Of a stretch of DNA of 64,000 nt, positions 13,381 to 26,100 are shown piece by piece (the first letter of the stretch is position 1; each line of letters begins with the position of its first letter). Origin of the DNA: Azolla caroliniana (lineage: Eukaryota; Plantae; Polypodiophyta); contig JBHGNT010000015.1 in assembly GCA_043228905.1 (NCBI GenBank), positions 9,858,001 through 9,922,000 on the forward strand, given 5' to 3'. The position numbers and the translations under genes are program-made. Under the pieces are notes generated by a model that saw only the letters and a program-made list of their open reading frames with translations, was not told the origin of the DNA and ran no database searches.

Positions 13381-16300
13381 ATGGATTCTTCGGAGCTTCA
13401 CCGTATAACAGATACATTTCCTTTGCTTATGGATGATCAAAACGTGGCTGTAAATTCAGAGCCTGAGCATGAATATGTTGTTTCGATAACGGCGCCACAT
13501 CCACATCCACATCCACATCCACATCCACATCCAGCGGGAAGCTCTGATGAGGTGAAGATAGGCAATTCCCCACATTCTCAAGGAAGTGTAATTGTTAGCA
13601 TACATCCTCTCATCTCTTCACAGGGCTCAAGTTTAACCCACGGAAATGCTACTGCTTTTGCAGTTGGCAGCTCAGTAAGCCTGATATCATCATCATCGAC
13701 ATCGACATCGATCCATTCTCAACTTATCCCAGCTGGTGACTCCTTCACAAGGTCGAGATCTTCAGATGATTCACCTAGGGATAACACTCGGCTACGAATA
13801 AATCCCTTAAATTACAGTCTATGGACATTTCTTGAACTAGCCTTCACTGTCTGCCAGATCATTGCTTCGGTTGTGGTTCTCTTGACATCAAGGGATGAGA
13901 AGCCACAGTCACCCCTGGCATTGTGGATTGTGGGCTATGCAGGATGTTGTGCTGCAGCGCTTCCAGTTTTATACTGGAGATATACACATAACTACAGCAC
14001 ACAGGAAGTAGACACGAGCCCGCATGGATCGCTCCACCCATCACCGTCCTCCAGTACCCTGAGGTCTTTACCCACATCTCATGGGGTTCTGGTGGACACA
14101 TTGGACTATGGTCAAGAATTGGAGGGCAATTTTCCAACTTCTCAAGCATTGGATGATACAGCTTCAAGGTATGTACAATCATGATTATTCATATCAAGCT
14201 TTTTTTTCAAATATTTGAAGAATTGAAACAATAAATGATCTTCACAGAAAACAACGTACATTATTTAACCAAATTTGTTCTCCTTCTCCTTTTGTGAATG
14301 CCACTGTCACTTCAGTTTGAAAGGGGAGGAAAAATGATGCCATAGATGATCAAAACAGTTCTCTTCATTGACCGTGACTACAAGTGATATCCATCTTGTG
14401 CTATATTTTCATCTACATGATTAGGGAGAAGATTTCATCACAATCAATCTTGTGCCAATGGTCAAATTCCATGGTTATGAGCCATGCTTTGAGTTCAGAG
14501 TTAAGTTGTTTGCTGTGTACTTCAGCTGGTAATTCCACTTGAAGAGCCTGATTAGTCTCCAGTATTTGTGTGAATCCCGCACCTGATTCTTCCAAATCCA
14601 CTCCATATCCCTCTTCGTGGAAAGTTTACATTACAAGAAAATTGTTATGAGCAGTAGAAGGTGCCAGGGAGGCTAGCAGCAACAGAAAAAAATAAATTAG
14701 TCAATGAGTGTGTTTCTTAATGAGGCTCAAAGCCTTTAAACACAAAATGAGAGTGGGTTTGTAAGGGATAACTTTATGAAAGGGGATAGATACTCCTCGG
14801 GAACATAATGAGTTAAATAGTGATGAGAAGAAAGAAACTTATAAGAGAGTGTAGGTAGAATGGAGAGAGTAGTTCTGGGGTTGTCACACCCTTCAACATC
14901 TAGTATGCGTTGTCTTCAACCATCATAGCCTCTTTAACAAAGGCTTTAGCCCACAAGGAAAGGTAATGGAGTATGAGGAGTAACGGTGATTGGGCTATTG
15001 TTGCTAGAATTCAAGACACATAAGGAGAAGTTGTTGGGCAAACAATACAACTACGGAAGCTTATTCCCAAAAAACAATTACAACTTTCCTTAGCCCTATT
15101 CATGCTATAAGTCATTTAAGGGCTACAACAAGTGGGCTCCCAACCTAGACATTGCAAACGGGTTACATAGATTGGACAATAACAATTTGTCATGTATGCA
15201 GGTCTTCGCCATGTGGACCATGATCTCACTGCCCTCATCATCTATAAATATAGGCCATCATCTTCTGCCATCACAAGTGTTTTCCTCGCTTCAGAGATCT
15301 CTCTAATCTAGATTGACCAATGCTACAGATGTTTTGAAGACAAAGATTGCAGTCTATTTGACTTCAGAATCTTACATTTCTGTTGTCACTTTTATTTTTA
15401 TTTACTAATTTACGTAGTTACATTTATTTAGTTTTGTTCTTCTCGAAAACAAGACAACATTTTAAGATATAATCTCTTGTTTGATCTTACAGGTCATTTT
15501 CCATCTTAAAAGATGTTAATATATCTTTCTTTCTTTCTTTCTATAGCAAGAGGGCTTTCCCGTATCTTGTCAAAATCAGTCCCTTTACCAATATTCCATA
15601 AAATGATGGTATTATAGCAAGGTCATCATCTGCCATTCCCAATCCAGATATGTAGTTGGTTCTATCTGGAATAGATTCTTCGAATGTTTAGTAATGGTAG
15701 AATTTGTAGTAATGGCATTGAAAGCGATGGAACTCCTCCGATGAAGCATTAAATGGATTGATGTAACTAGGTGCACAAAGTCTGTGTCTATGAAGATAAG
15801 AAAGAACCACTCTCTCACCAAGTGGACAGGCATAAAAACACCTAGGAGTGTACTACCTCGAGCAGGTTTGCGAGGAACTCCACGTGCACGTTTGATATTG
15901 TTTGTTTGCATCTCAAGCTTACAGTGCTCATAGAACTGAAAAATTGGAATATGGAAGACTGGGAAGATAGTTTTGAACCTGACAGAACCTTCATAGAGGT
16001 TTCTGGTATACATATCAGCTATGGCATAATGTAATCTGTGATGAACCATCAGTGCAAACAATGCAGGCTTGTTGCTGACATTTCCCTTTAGAATGCCCTC
16101 TTGGTGAATACAACTGGTATCCAATCTCATCTAATTGACTGACTGGTGTTTGGCTGTTGGTCAGCTTGGGGATGAGGCGATCTTCATCTGATGTGAATCG
16201 CTTTCCATCTATCAATTCCAATGCTACAGATCTGATGCTGACAATTTCACGTTAATGGGAGTCTCTTAGCCAGAAGGTTCTGAGTTGGCATGCCTCATAG

Positions 16301-18361
16301 CTAGCGAAGCACCATTTGTGTAATGTTTTTGAAGTGACACACTCGATTCTGACGTTCATGTTTTGTGCAGATGATCTCTGATTCCTCTGCCTCGTTTTGT
16401 GCAGATGTTTTGTCTCGTTGAGTGAGAATGTTGGTTTTCCTGTTTTATACATTTAGTAAAATGTTGGTTCTGAGAAATTGCTAATGGATCTCATTTACCT
16501 ATTTTTAGCAATTAGATTAATAATCCAAACATTAATTCATGTGGAAAGCTATTGTTAATCGAGTACTGATGAGAAGCAATAAATAATTAGCTTAAGAAAA
16601 GAATAGTTGGTTACCTCTTAGAGTGACCAAAATAAACAATTTCATGTTTATTCCGTGTGGGTTTGAGGATTTCCTAGATTTCATATGGGCTTTGGAAAAG
16701 AGTTTGGTTTAGAAGGTTTTTATTAGCTGATTGCACATTAAAATATCCAATTGGGTAGAGGAAATCAGCATATTCTCTCCATTTCAAGTGTTTTGAGGAT
16801 CAAAGCTGCAACATTAATGTGGAGTGCTATTTTTTTTTCTCCTTTATAAGGTACAGGGATATCAAGAACTCACTTATATATGTATTCCTTTAATTTGCAA
16901 GTTTCTGATTCTGGCCTTTTTGGATAAAATAAATGTATCAGAATCATTAAGTCTGCCTCTCTTCCTTTCTGGGTGTGGTTTGGTATGTGCTAATCTTTTG
17001 AAGCAACCTTCGGCATTCTTGTTCCATCACACGATTTGAAATCCAACTAGTGATCTAGCAAGAGCCAAATGTGGTGACAAGTTACTTTTTTTAGAATAAT
17101 AATGTTTTTACAATGACCAAAATGGTTTTGGCCCAATAACATGTAGACGGATGCCTATCCTATTTTTTTGGCTGTCTCCTTGTAAGAAATTAAGGAAAAT
17201 AACTTACACTCTCTTGTAACAACGAATTATTGTGTCTCCGAAAGGATTATGTACAACCATAAAAGCATAAACGGGGAAGTATGATGATAGAGGTTCCGTG
17301 TTTACAGGACTACCATTCGTGTGGAAAGGTTCAAGATTGTTTTAGATTGCTTTATTGCTATCTGGTTTGTTATTGGCAATATCTGGGTATTTGGATGGCC
17401 TTCTTCTTCCCATGATGCTCCCAATTTGTACAGGTAAAGGCTCCCTTGTAAGTTGTCTCATTCTGATGCTGTGCAAATTTTCTCTGCCATAGTGATGTTA
17501 ATGTTTTCTGTGTTTGGCTTTATTCAGGTTGTGCATTGTTTTCCTCACATTCAGCTGCATCAGCTATGCCACGCCATTTGTCATCTGCGCAACTGTATGT
17601 TGCTGTCTTCCATGTATCATTACACTTCTGAGTTATCGGGACGAGCAGGCACAAAGACAAGGAGGAGCGGCCCCTGAGGTTATCGCAGCAATGCCTATCT
17701 ATAAGTTCAAGATGAAAGGTTCAGCAGAGAAAGCAAGCAACAACGAAGATGATTCCGACTCTGAAAGTATAGGAGAAGGGGGCATCTTTGCACCTGGAAC
17801 CAACAAGGAGCGTGTGGTCTCCGGGGAAGACTCGGTATGTTGTTTGCAATGACATGTCTGTTGATGATGTACATATATGGTTTTTTCTAAAGCTGTTTTA
17901 GACGTTACGCGGTGGTTGGAATGACATGAATATTTTTTATGTTTTCGGAGTGACATGAATGTAATAGTGCCCTTTCAGTCGATTTTCATATTTTATTTGA
18001 ATACATAATTAAAGAACCCTAAGATATTGGTCCCTCGGCACTAGACATACACATAGGAGGACTTCATGTTTGGATAACTGTGGTCTAGCTAGACATACAC
18101 ATAGGAGGACTTCATGTTTATCTAAAGAACTACCTTCCTCTGGGGGGACTCTCTTCTTTATTTTTCTATGGACAAAAATACTAATTTGAAATCACCAGTT
18201 GCTTTCAGGTTTGCTGCATCTGCCTTGAAGTGTACAAAGATGGCATGGATCTGAAGGAACTGCATTGTTCGCACTTCTTTCATGCCAAGTGTGTAGATAA
18301 ATGGTTGAAGATAAATGCGACGTGCCCCCTCTGTAAGCAGGACATTGGCAAGCATGGATAG
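13381..18361 (+). CDS. Transmembrane RING-H2 (C3H2C3) E3 ubiquitin ligase, At1g63170/At1g12760-like; exons 13381-14168, 17308-17433, 17528-17834, 18209-18361
   Basis: Motifs NPLN..W...EL, EKPQSPLALWIVGY, FK..LDCF.AIWFVIGNIW, APNLYRLCIVFLTFSCISY and CCICL...LHCSHFFHAKCVDKWLKINATCPLCK; GT-AG junctions join in frame. Confidence 0.93.
13495..13533 (+). repeat. (CCACAT)6 coding hexanucleotide repeat (Pro-His run)
   Basis: Direct reading. Confidence 0.9.
18041..18119 (+). repeat. Duplicated 31-bp unit ctagacatacacataggaggacttcatgttt in intron 3
   Basis: Two copies 48 bp apart. Confidence 0.85.
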
Positions 18362-19099
18362 TCCATAAATAACTTCTCTGCCCTTGCTTGCATCATGTTT
18401 ACTACTACAGCTACTTATGAACATGTATTAAAAACTAAGTGGTCTTGAATAGGAGAATGTAGTAGTAAAGCCCATGTCCAGAGATCGCTTTCTATCTCTT
18501 TGTTTGTTTCTGTGTAGCAATACTTGTGTATATCCGTCTTAAATGTATATGGGATTGTCAGCAATTTTATTCTCGGAACCTTGGCAAAGTATATGATTGT
18601 GCTACTGTTTTTAATGCTAATTAATTTGTTTTGAGCGAATGCAATGTGGTGCTTAAAAACAATGATATCCTATAAAAAGAATGCATCTATTAAAAAGCTT
18701 AGACTAGACCATTAGAAAGAACAAGACTAAATACAATTCACATTGTGTGCTCTACTCTGATACTTGAAGCAAGTATATGGTTTTAACCAGAGCACAAGAC
18801 ATGAGCTGTAATTTTCCTCAAACAACGAAAACCTTGCTTCAAACAACAAGATTTTGGAACAATTAAAGACATACCAACCTTGCCATGATGGTTTCTCAGC
18901 TCTAAATAAGTTTGTTATATATTGTATTGTGGCTAATATCCACAATTTTTTTATATCCATACCGTAATAGGTATCTTGACTATAATAATATGTCTAAGTA
19001 AAAACACTTTACGATCATTGAATCATGACTGACTCTAAAGCCTATACAAAACATCATAATCCTTCTCATAATATATAAAGCTAATGTCATCCTTGTTTA

Positions 19100-20130
19100 G
19101 AAATCCGAACAAATATAGAACAAGACATGAACGAGTAAAAGGAAACATGCAATTGTAAATGGCAAGTTAAGGTCTACTAAATGTACTTTAGTGACACTTT
19201 GCATGATACGTTAATTAGTATTGAAGTTTTGTTTAATTTCATTAATCCATTCTTTCCATCGAATAGTAATGCCTCCCTCATTGAGAAGGCTAGCAATGTG
19301 GTGGATTTGTTGGTTTTCTTGAGAACTTGAACAACATGAAAGGTTTGGTATCAAGTTGCCATGTTCCTAAGCATATGGAATGCAAATAATCACCAAGCTA
19401 TTATGACTAAATGTTGGGGTAACAAAAGCTTCAACAATGGTGGAGCTTTAATTGTTGGTATATCAATTAGGCCTAACCCATTTGTAGAGTTGTTGGTAGA
19501 ATTCTTGGGATTCTTTCAAGAAAACCCATTTTGGTGAACTAGGGATTAAATTCTACAACTCAATGTGCTAGCCCTGTGAACTTGCCTCATTGTTTGTGAT
19601 CCATTTCAACCACTATTGTAGAGGTTGAACATTGAGAGAAAGTCCTATTAGATCCTAATTTCCTAAGGTTGCTCATGGCTAATGCCTTTGAAGCACCCGC
19701 ACATTTAAACATTTTGGGCTCTATTCTTATAAATATTTGTTCAAATGCTTGAAGTTGGGACATCTTAGATTGTGTTGTTCCATATAATGAATTCGTACTC
19801 AAGATACAAGTATTCTTATATAGATTATGTTAACTTGAGTTGACATGATGGGTTGATTTTTCAAAAAATATTCTATGTTGCTATGTCCCACACAATTGGA
19901 GATTTTGGTGTCCACAAGTTTTAGAGCCAATCACTTGGAATTATTGATGGCCTCATATTCATAATTGTTGTGAGAACTATAGTCAATTTGCAATGTATGA
20001 TGTCTATCAAAGAGGGAGCAAAATAGCTTGTATGGGTTGTCATCATCGTCGATTTTAGAAGGTCCACAGAAATTTGTTTCTTTGGATTTCATTGTACATC
20101 TCATCTTCGAAGGGTTCTGATATAATATAA
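19100..20130 (-). mobile_element. Possible highly degraded retrotransposon gag/protease-like remnant
   Basis: Fragmentary coding-like minus-strand sequence; no clean motif. Confidence 0.3.
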
Positions 20131-20149
20131 AAATGAAGTTACCATGTAC

Positions 20150-21590
20150 AAGGATAGTAGGAGGGCACGTGGTAAGGATAAATGAGAATGTGAACTGTTG
20201 ATCAAAACTTTGAAAAAGAAAAAGGAGAGGTCATGCTAAAAGGAAAGTAGAGATGCATCCAAATGACAAAAGAATGATCCACTCAATTAGAGAGCTCATT
20301 TAAAAGTAATCAAATGAGAGAGAGCTCATTATTTATTTTTCATATACGTGATTGACCTTTCGTTGAGAGTAACTTCCACACGAAAGTGAATCATGAGCTT
20401 CATGGGAGGCTTGTGATGACCAACACACCAAAACTATTAGTCATTGACGCATAGTGTTAAAGGCCAAAAATGCAGTTCCCACAAATAATAGGATGAATAT
20501 AGGTCCAAAGTCATAAAAGGGTTTTTTCTTTTATGCTGCCAAAGTTTCTATGTGCTCTGTCTGTGTGTTTCGTTTCTTTTTCTCTACTATGTATTTTTTT
20601 ATTATAGGTGAAAAAAACAATTGTTGGCCACTTCTTCCTCATTAGCTAATAATGGTATCAGAGTGTCGAGAGTCGGCCAACTCTTCATAGACTTATTTTT
20701 TCCTTATGTGTATGTTGTTTGGTGCATAGACAGATAAGGAGGAAGGTTGGGTCATAGTGTTCAACCAAGTGATATAACCTTTACCACATTCTTGTTGCTG
20801 CAAGAACCATTTTCAGCCACATTTCTCCACACTCAAGAGGTATATTCTCTCAATCGTCAAACAATAAATACATCATTACCTATTCCTAGATTACAAAGAG
20901 AGGAGTGTTTGCCAATGTACACTCGATTGTGACACAGGAGTGCTTGTTCACTTGATGTGAAATTGTGAAATGGAAGTTGCCTATTAGTGGCTTTTCTTTG
21001 ATCCTTGGTTGATATATGCGTGAGGTAGATAGATAGATAAATATTATTTAGCGTCGGACATAGAGAGGCCAATATTGACCCATAGTGATAGGACCTAAGT
21101 ATAGACATAATCTTGATGTGTGTCTCCTTCCTAAGAAAGGATATTTATACTTTGAAGCACCAAGTCTCAGTGTGCGAATAAGGCATACACATATGAGCTC
21201 AACCTTCTAGGTGTTCTCTTTAGGGGACATACATAGTTTTTTGGTCCATTGTGATAGTTATGTATACATAGTTTTTTCTGACAGTCATAGTTGTGCTTGA
21301 GCTCTGGTAGCAAGTAGTCTCCCAACTAGTGTTACGTGCTTAAGGCTACAATTAACTAAGCCTCATTACCATCTAATGGCTTCTAAAATGTCTAAGGTTT
21401 CGAGTACCTTATGTAGTGGTTCCTTTAGTTCCAATGGAAATTATTCTATGACTGTAAAAGACCACCTTGAGATCCACAAGTTTGACGGATCTAATTTCGC
21501 CTTGTGGAAGGATCGAATGAGAGAAAACTCTATGATCTTTGCTTGAAGGACACAAATAATGTTGCCTCTCATTTGAATGACTTTGACGCA
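20150..21590 (+). mobile_element. Copia 5' remnant: LTR-like region, tRNA-iMet PBS (20653-20663), leader and gag start
   Basis: tggtatcagag; EIHKFDGSNFALWKDRM at ~21470-21520. Confidence 0.7.
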
Positions 21591-22009
21591 CTATGATCTT
21601 AACTACATGCCCAAAAAATGACTATAGGTGATGAGTTAAAATGTCCAATTTACACTTGACATAAATGGATCAACCCACTAGATTCACTATCATCTAAAAT
21701 GTTGTACTATAAGGAACACTTTATGCACTTCTCTAAGTTAGGTTTTACTATACAACCAAAATATCTAGATACGTTCTTACCAAATGCTTAAGTTTTCCCA
21801 TTGAATAACTTACTGTATCATACCACCAACTTGAGATTGAGAATGATCGTACTAATGGAATCCATGAGAGGAAAGGATATATAGATTACGTTACCTAGAA
21901 ATAGAGGATGCATATTACTTTACAGGCAAGTGTTCATATTACATTGAGATAAGGAGAAAATACCAAGACATACTAGGACCCGCTCCCACCCTCTTCTAAC
22001 CATCGGATA

Positions 22010-23540
22010 CTGTTGTGATAGCGGTCGTCTAGTGCGGAAGAATCTTAGCATCCTCTAGTGAAAGATCATTAACATAGGTACAAGTAGAGTGGATTGATTT
22101 GAAGCAACTGAATCATGTAACAAGATCAACACTAATGCAAGAAGGAGAGAACAGAAAGTTAGGCACAAAATGAACTTTATTACTCAAGCTCAACGACTCA
22201 ATGTACAAAATGAAAACCCACTTAAACTAGGTTACAAAGTAAGTTTATATACTGGCTAACTTAGGGCAACTGCTCTTCTTAGTATTTACAAAGATAGCGT
22301 AAAGCTAGTGTGTACAAATGGGACAATGTGAATACATCCGTTCATAGATGTCATCGCCTTCTTTACGCTAGGGGTCCGCATAATGGGCACTCTGAATTCA
22401 CTATCTAGCGAGTGAGCCGACTCCTTGGGGCAGTCGACTTCATATTCACGCATTTTACCTGTTCGATCTGACCCCTACTCGAGATATGCTTTTGGTGCTT
22501 GGAGTCTCTTGTTGTCTGCTCCTCACGATTGAGCTTGGATTTTTAGGTGGTACATGTTGTGGCCGAATATCGTCATCCGAGTCGACATCCAACTCTTCTT
22601 GGGTCAGTTCGGATGGAGTTGAATCAGACTCATACCCAGATGCTGATTCGTTAAAGATAACATCTCAACTTACTTGAACATCATGGGTAGTGGAAAAATC
22701 AAAGATTGCCGAATTCGGGTTATCGTTGGAAGGATAAGCTGTGGGGTGGTATTCTCAACACTACCTAGGGGACTTCGCCACATTCCGATCAAAGGGCAAG
22801 ACCGTTGATTGGGAAGCACAAGAAGCAGTGTAGAAAGTTGTTAAGGAATGGGTTGAGCAAGCTAACCAACAGAACTTTGAAGAGATGAAGCACGAGAAGT
22901 CTAGGCAAACAACAAACCCTCAACCAGTTGATGAAACCCACACATCGGAGGAGGATCCGGCATGGCAGGCATTGACCAAGTGCTAGATCACGCTACAACT
23001 AGGTCGATTGTTAAAGCTGGTTCCCCGGTTTACGGAAACCTTAACAATGACACGTGCGCCGCCAAAACCGGTAGTTGTACCATCATATCTTGCAAATCCA
23101 AGTGAGGGGTCAACCGTTATGGATGGCCATGATCCGGTAGTAATGGTGATCATTAAGGGGGTCAAATTATTGGAACAATAATCGATGGCGGATCTAGCGT
23201 AAATGTCATCAATGAAAGTACATGTAATAGATTAGGCATTTGGGAATGGGAGTTGTGCCCATTTTGGCTAAGGATGGCGGATACAAGTTCCGTCCGGTGA
23301 ACGGGAGTAATCCGAAACTTGGAGATAGCTATGGGCAGTCACCCCTTTCAAATATCGACAGTAGTACTTCAACTAAGCGCACCCGGTGCTTACCCGTTAA
23401 TGCTAGTACCACTATTTGAAATTGATGTCGCAAAAGCAGTTACTCTTTATGTAACTGGCAAAGAGGAGGACATCGCCAAACCGAACCGAGAAGATGTCTT
23501 GGAACTCTAACAGGCCTAGTAGGCACTGGAAAAGGAACTA
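22010..23540 (+). mobile_element. Degraded Gypsy gag-protease fragment preceded by LTR-like sequence
   Basis: IDGGSSVNVINESTCNRLG...RMADTS...LEIAMG aspartic protease-like segment at ~23180-23400. Confidence 0.6.
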
Positions 23541-23559
23541 GTAGTGTCCCAACGTGTAA

Positions 23560-24452
23560 AGACACCCATGACCTTATATTACATGGGTCGAGCACTTGAC
23601 CATTAGACTATATGTTGTAATACAAAGAATATTATTTTCATTTAAGTTTTACTATAGAAAATTGATGTATATTCTATCATGATATAAAAAGACTCGAACC
23701 CATAACCTTATGTTATATGGGTCGAGCTGTTGACCATTACATTATCGATTGTAATACGTAAAATATTATTTTCATTTAAGTTTTCTGTAGAAAATTATTG
23801 TATATTCCAGATTTCTCTAGAACATTCTAGAAGCTTCAAGACTATTTTTAAGAACACTATAAAAAGAGGCACAAGGCATTATTTCGAACCAAATTGGTTC
23901 AACGCCAGTCTTAAGCCTCATAGCTATTTTGTACTTACTCATCACATAATATATCATCTATTATCATCATCCTCTCTCTCTCTCTCTCTCTCGCCTTCAC
24001 TATCTCTCTCTCGTTAGTCTTACGCAGTCCGTCCTCTTAGCACTAATAGTACTTCCCTTCTCTAGTACTAATTCTCTCTTTGTTTTAGTACTATTCTTGA
24101 TAGTTTGAACCAAAATTTCCCTTTGGTCTTCTTTTCGGTTTCCCTCATCCTCTTACCCCTTTTTCCAATACTATGGCTACTGTTAGCACCCAAGAATATC
24201 AATCCGTTTTTTCCAAGCTACAGTGTCTAAAAGAAAAATTCGTTGCATTTGAACAAGAAAACCAACGATTTTTAGGGAATCTTCAACAAATTGCTTTAGA
24301 AAAACAACAAACGCAACAACAACATGGGGAGTTAGCGTTATGTGTACAACAACTCAAAGCAACCATGGTAGCGTTACAACAACAAGGATCAAGTCCCCAA
24401 GGACTTCATAAAGAGCCCAAGATTGGTCTTCTTGTGAAATTCGATGGAACGT
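23560..24452 (+). mobile_element. Chromovirus C' (relative of element C): 5' LTR with duplicated U3 start, self-priming PBS and gag start, cut by Gypsy B'
   Basis: LTR similar to C; MATVSTQEYQSVFS...KFDGT matches gag 45345-46514. Confidence 0.88.
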
Positions 24453-26100
24453 TGTCGTGATGTTGCGCGTCCAATGGGAGAAATTGTGAAATAGTGTAAT
24501 TCCACGCACATTACACAAACGATTATAAATATGAAAATTATCCTAGGGCCTAGTGGCATTTGAGTGCATATAGAGGGGTGCAAGCAAGATTTGAACCTTG
24601 CACCTCCAAGATAGGAGACATTTATCTTACCATAAGGGCTACTACCAAGTACTTTAAATGTTTTCTATTTCTTTTCATATTCAAAAGGTATAGGAAAATA
24701 ACCGTACAAAACCGTGTGCACAAAACCATGTTCCAAGCCCATGGTTTTGTGCATGCCACAAGAAAAACCGTGTGCCCAAAAACCATGGGTCCAAGCCCAT
24801 GGTTTTGTGCATGTTAGAAGCATGGATAGACCTATAAAAACCCTCGTAAGGCTTGTGTAAAGGGGGGGCTCAATATGTGATATTATCATCATCACTATCA
24901 CCATCAATATAATAATCTTCTTCTTCTTATTCTTGTTTATCTTCTTCTCGAGTGTAAAATTTTCCAATCTTCTCAAGTGTAGTTCTCATTGTTTCCCCAA
25001 ATCTTACATTTACATCGTCCTCTTCTCAATAACTCCCTGGTCCAAGACCCCAATGGTCCCGTTCAAGCGAAGCACGCACGTACGCACATCTTCGCGACAT
25101 CTCTTGGTGAACCCGACGTGAAGATCGGCAAGGGAGGATGAAGATGGACTAGGAATATCTCATGAAGGCAATGTTGAAGATGATGATGGAATTTTTGAGA
25201 GAAGGTAAAAGACGAGATGCGGCCCAACAAGCCATCGAAAGCGTGGTTGAGAGAGTCGTCTATTTTGACGGGGGCATAGTCCAAAATTTTCTAGACACCT
25301 ACAATGCCAAGTTGGATTCGAGAGGTGTAAAAGAGGCTATGAGGTTGTACTACTTTTGTTGGGTGGTGGCTGAACCAAACTACAAAGAGGTAAAAGAGCT
25401 TCAAGAAGCTCATGATTCGTGGGTGTCTTTCAAGGAGGCTCTATTGGAGGCATATGGCTACGAGAGACCGAAGGGACAAAGTTTGTACAAGTTCGACCAA
25501 TGGGTGTCATCGATGAAGATCCACCAGAGTGCCATGGATGCGTTTGTTGAGTTTGAGTGTCGCTTTGCTCAACTCTCAGATCGGGATCGAAGATTGGTAG
25601 GGGTGAATAAAGTTCTACTATTTGTAAAGTCAATTGATTGTAATGAAAGGAAGGTGTAAAAAGTAGCGTGCGGAAGCAAGTATAAAGACAAAACAGAAGG
25701 GAGAACACTCAGGTTTAATGGAGAGCTTGAGCTTACACAGTATACGCGGGAGAGACCGAGAGAGTTTTAGAGAAGACACCAAAGGGAGGATATATTATGA
25801 AAGACAAAAAACTATACATATATGTGTTCAATGAACACTTTGTACAAGCCCTAGAAGGACTGACTGGAGTACTGACAGTACTTCAATGCTCATTAAGAGC
25901 TCCTACACTAACTCCCAAATATATTCCTCACAGAATATCTTTCCTAACGGCCTAACCGATCGGTCCCAGCCGATCCGGTCCTCGGCTTCTTCAGCTGATC
26001 CGGCCGATGTTGAGCTTGTCTCTCAACACTCCCCCTCAAGCTCAACTTGAGGCTCTTCGGGATCTTCACAGCTCCGGTTCCTTTTGGCTTCACGCCTCGC

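Noticed and set aside
14600-15300. LTR fragment in intron 1
   Set aside because: No defined termini, TSD or partner sequence in the window
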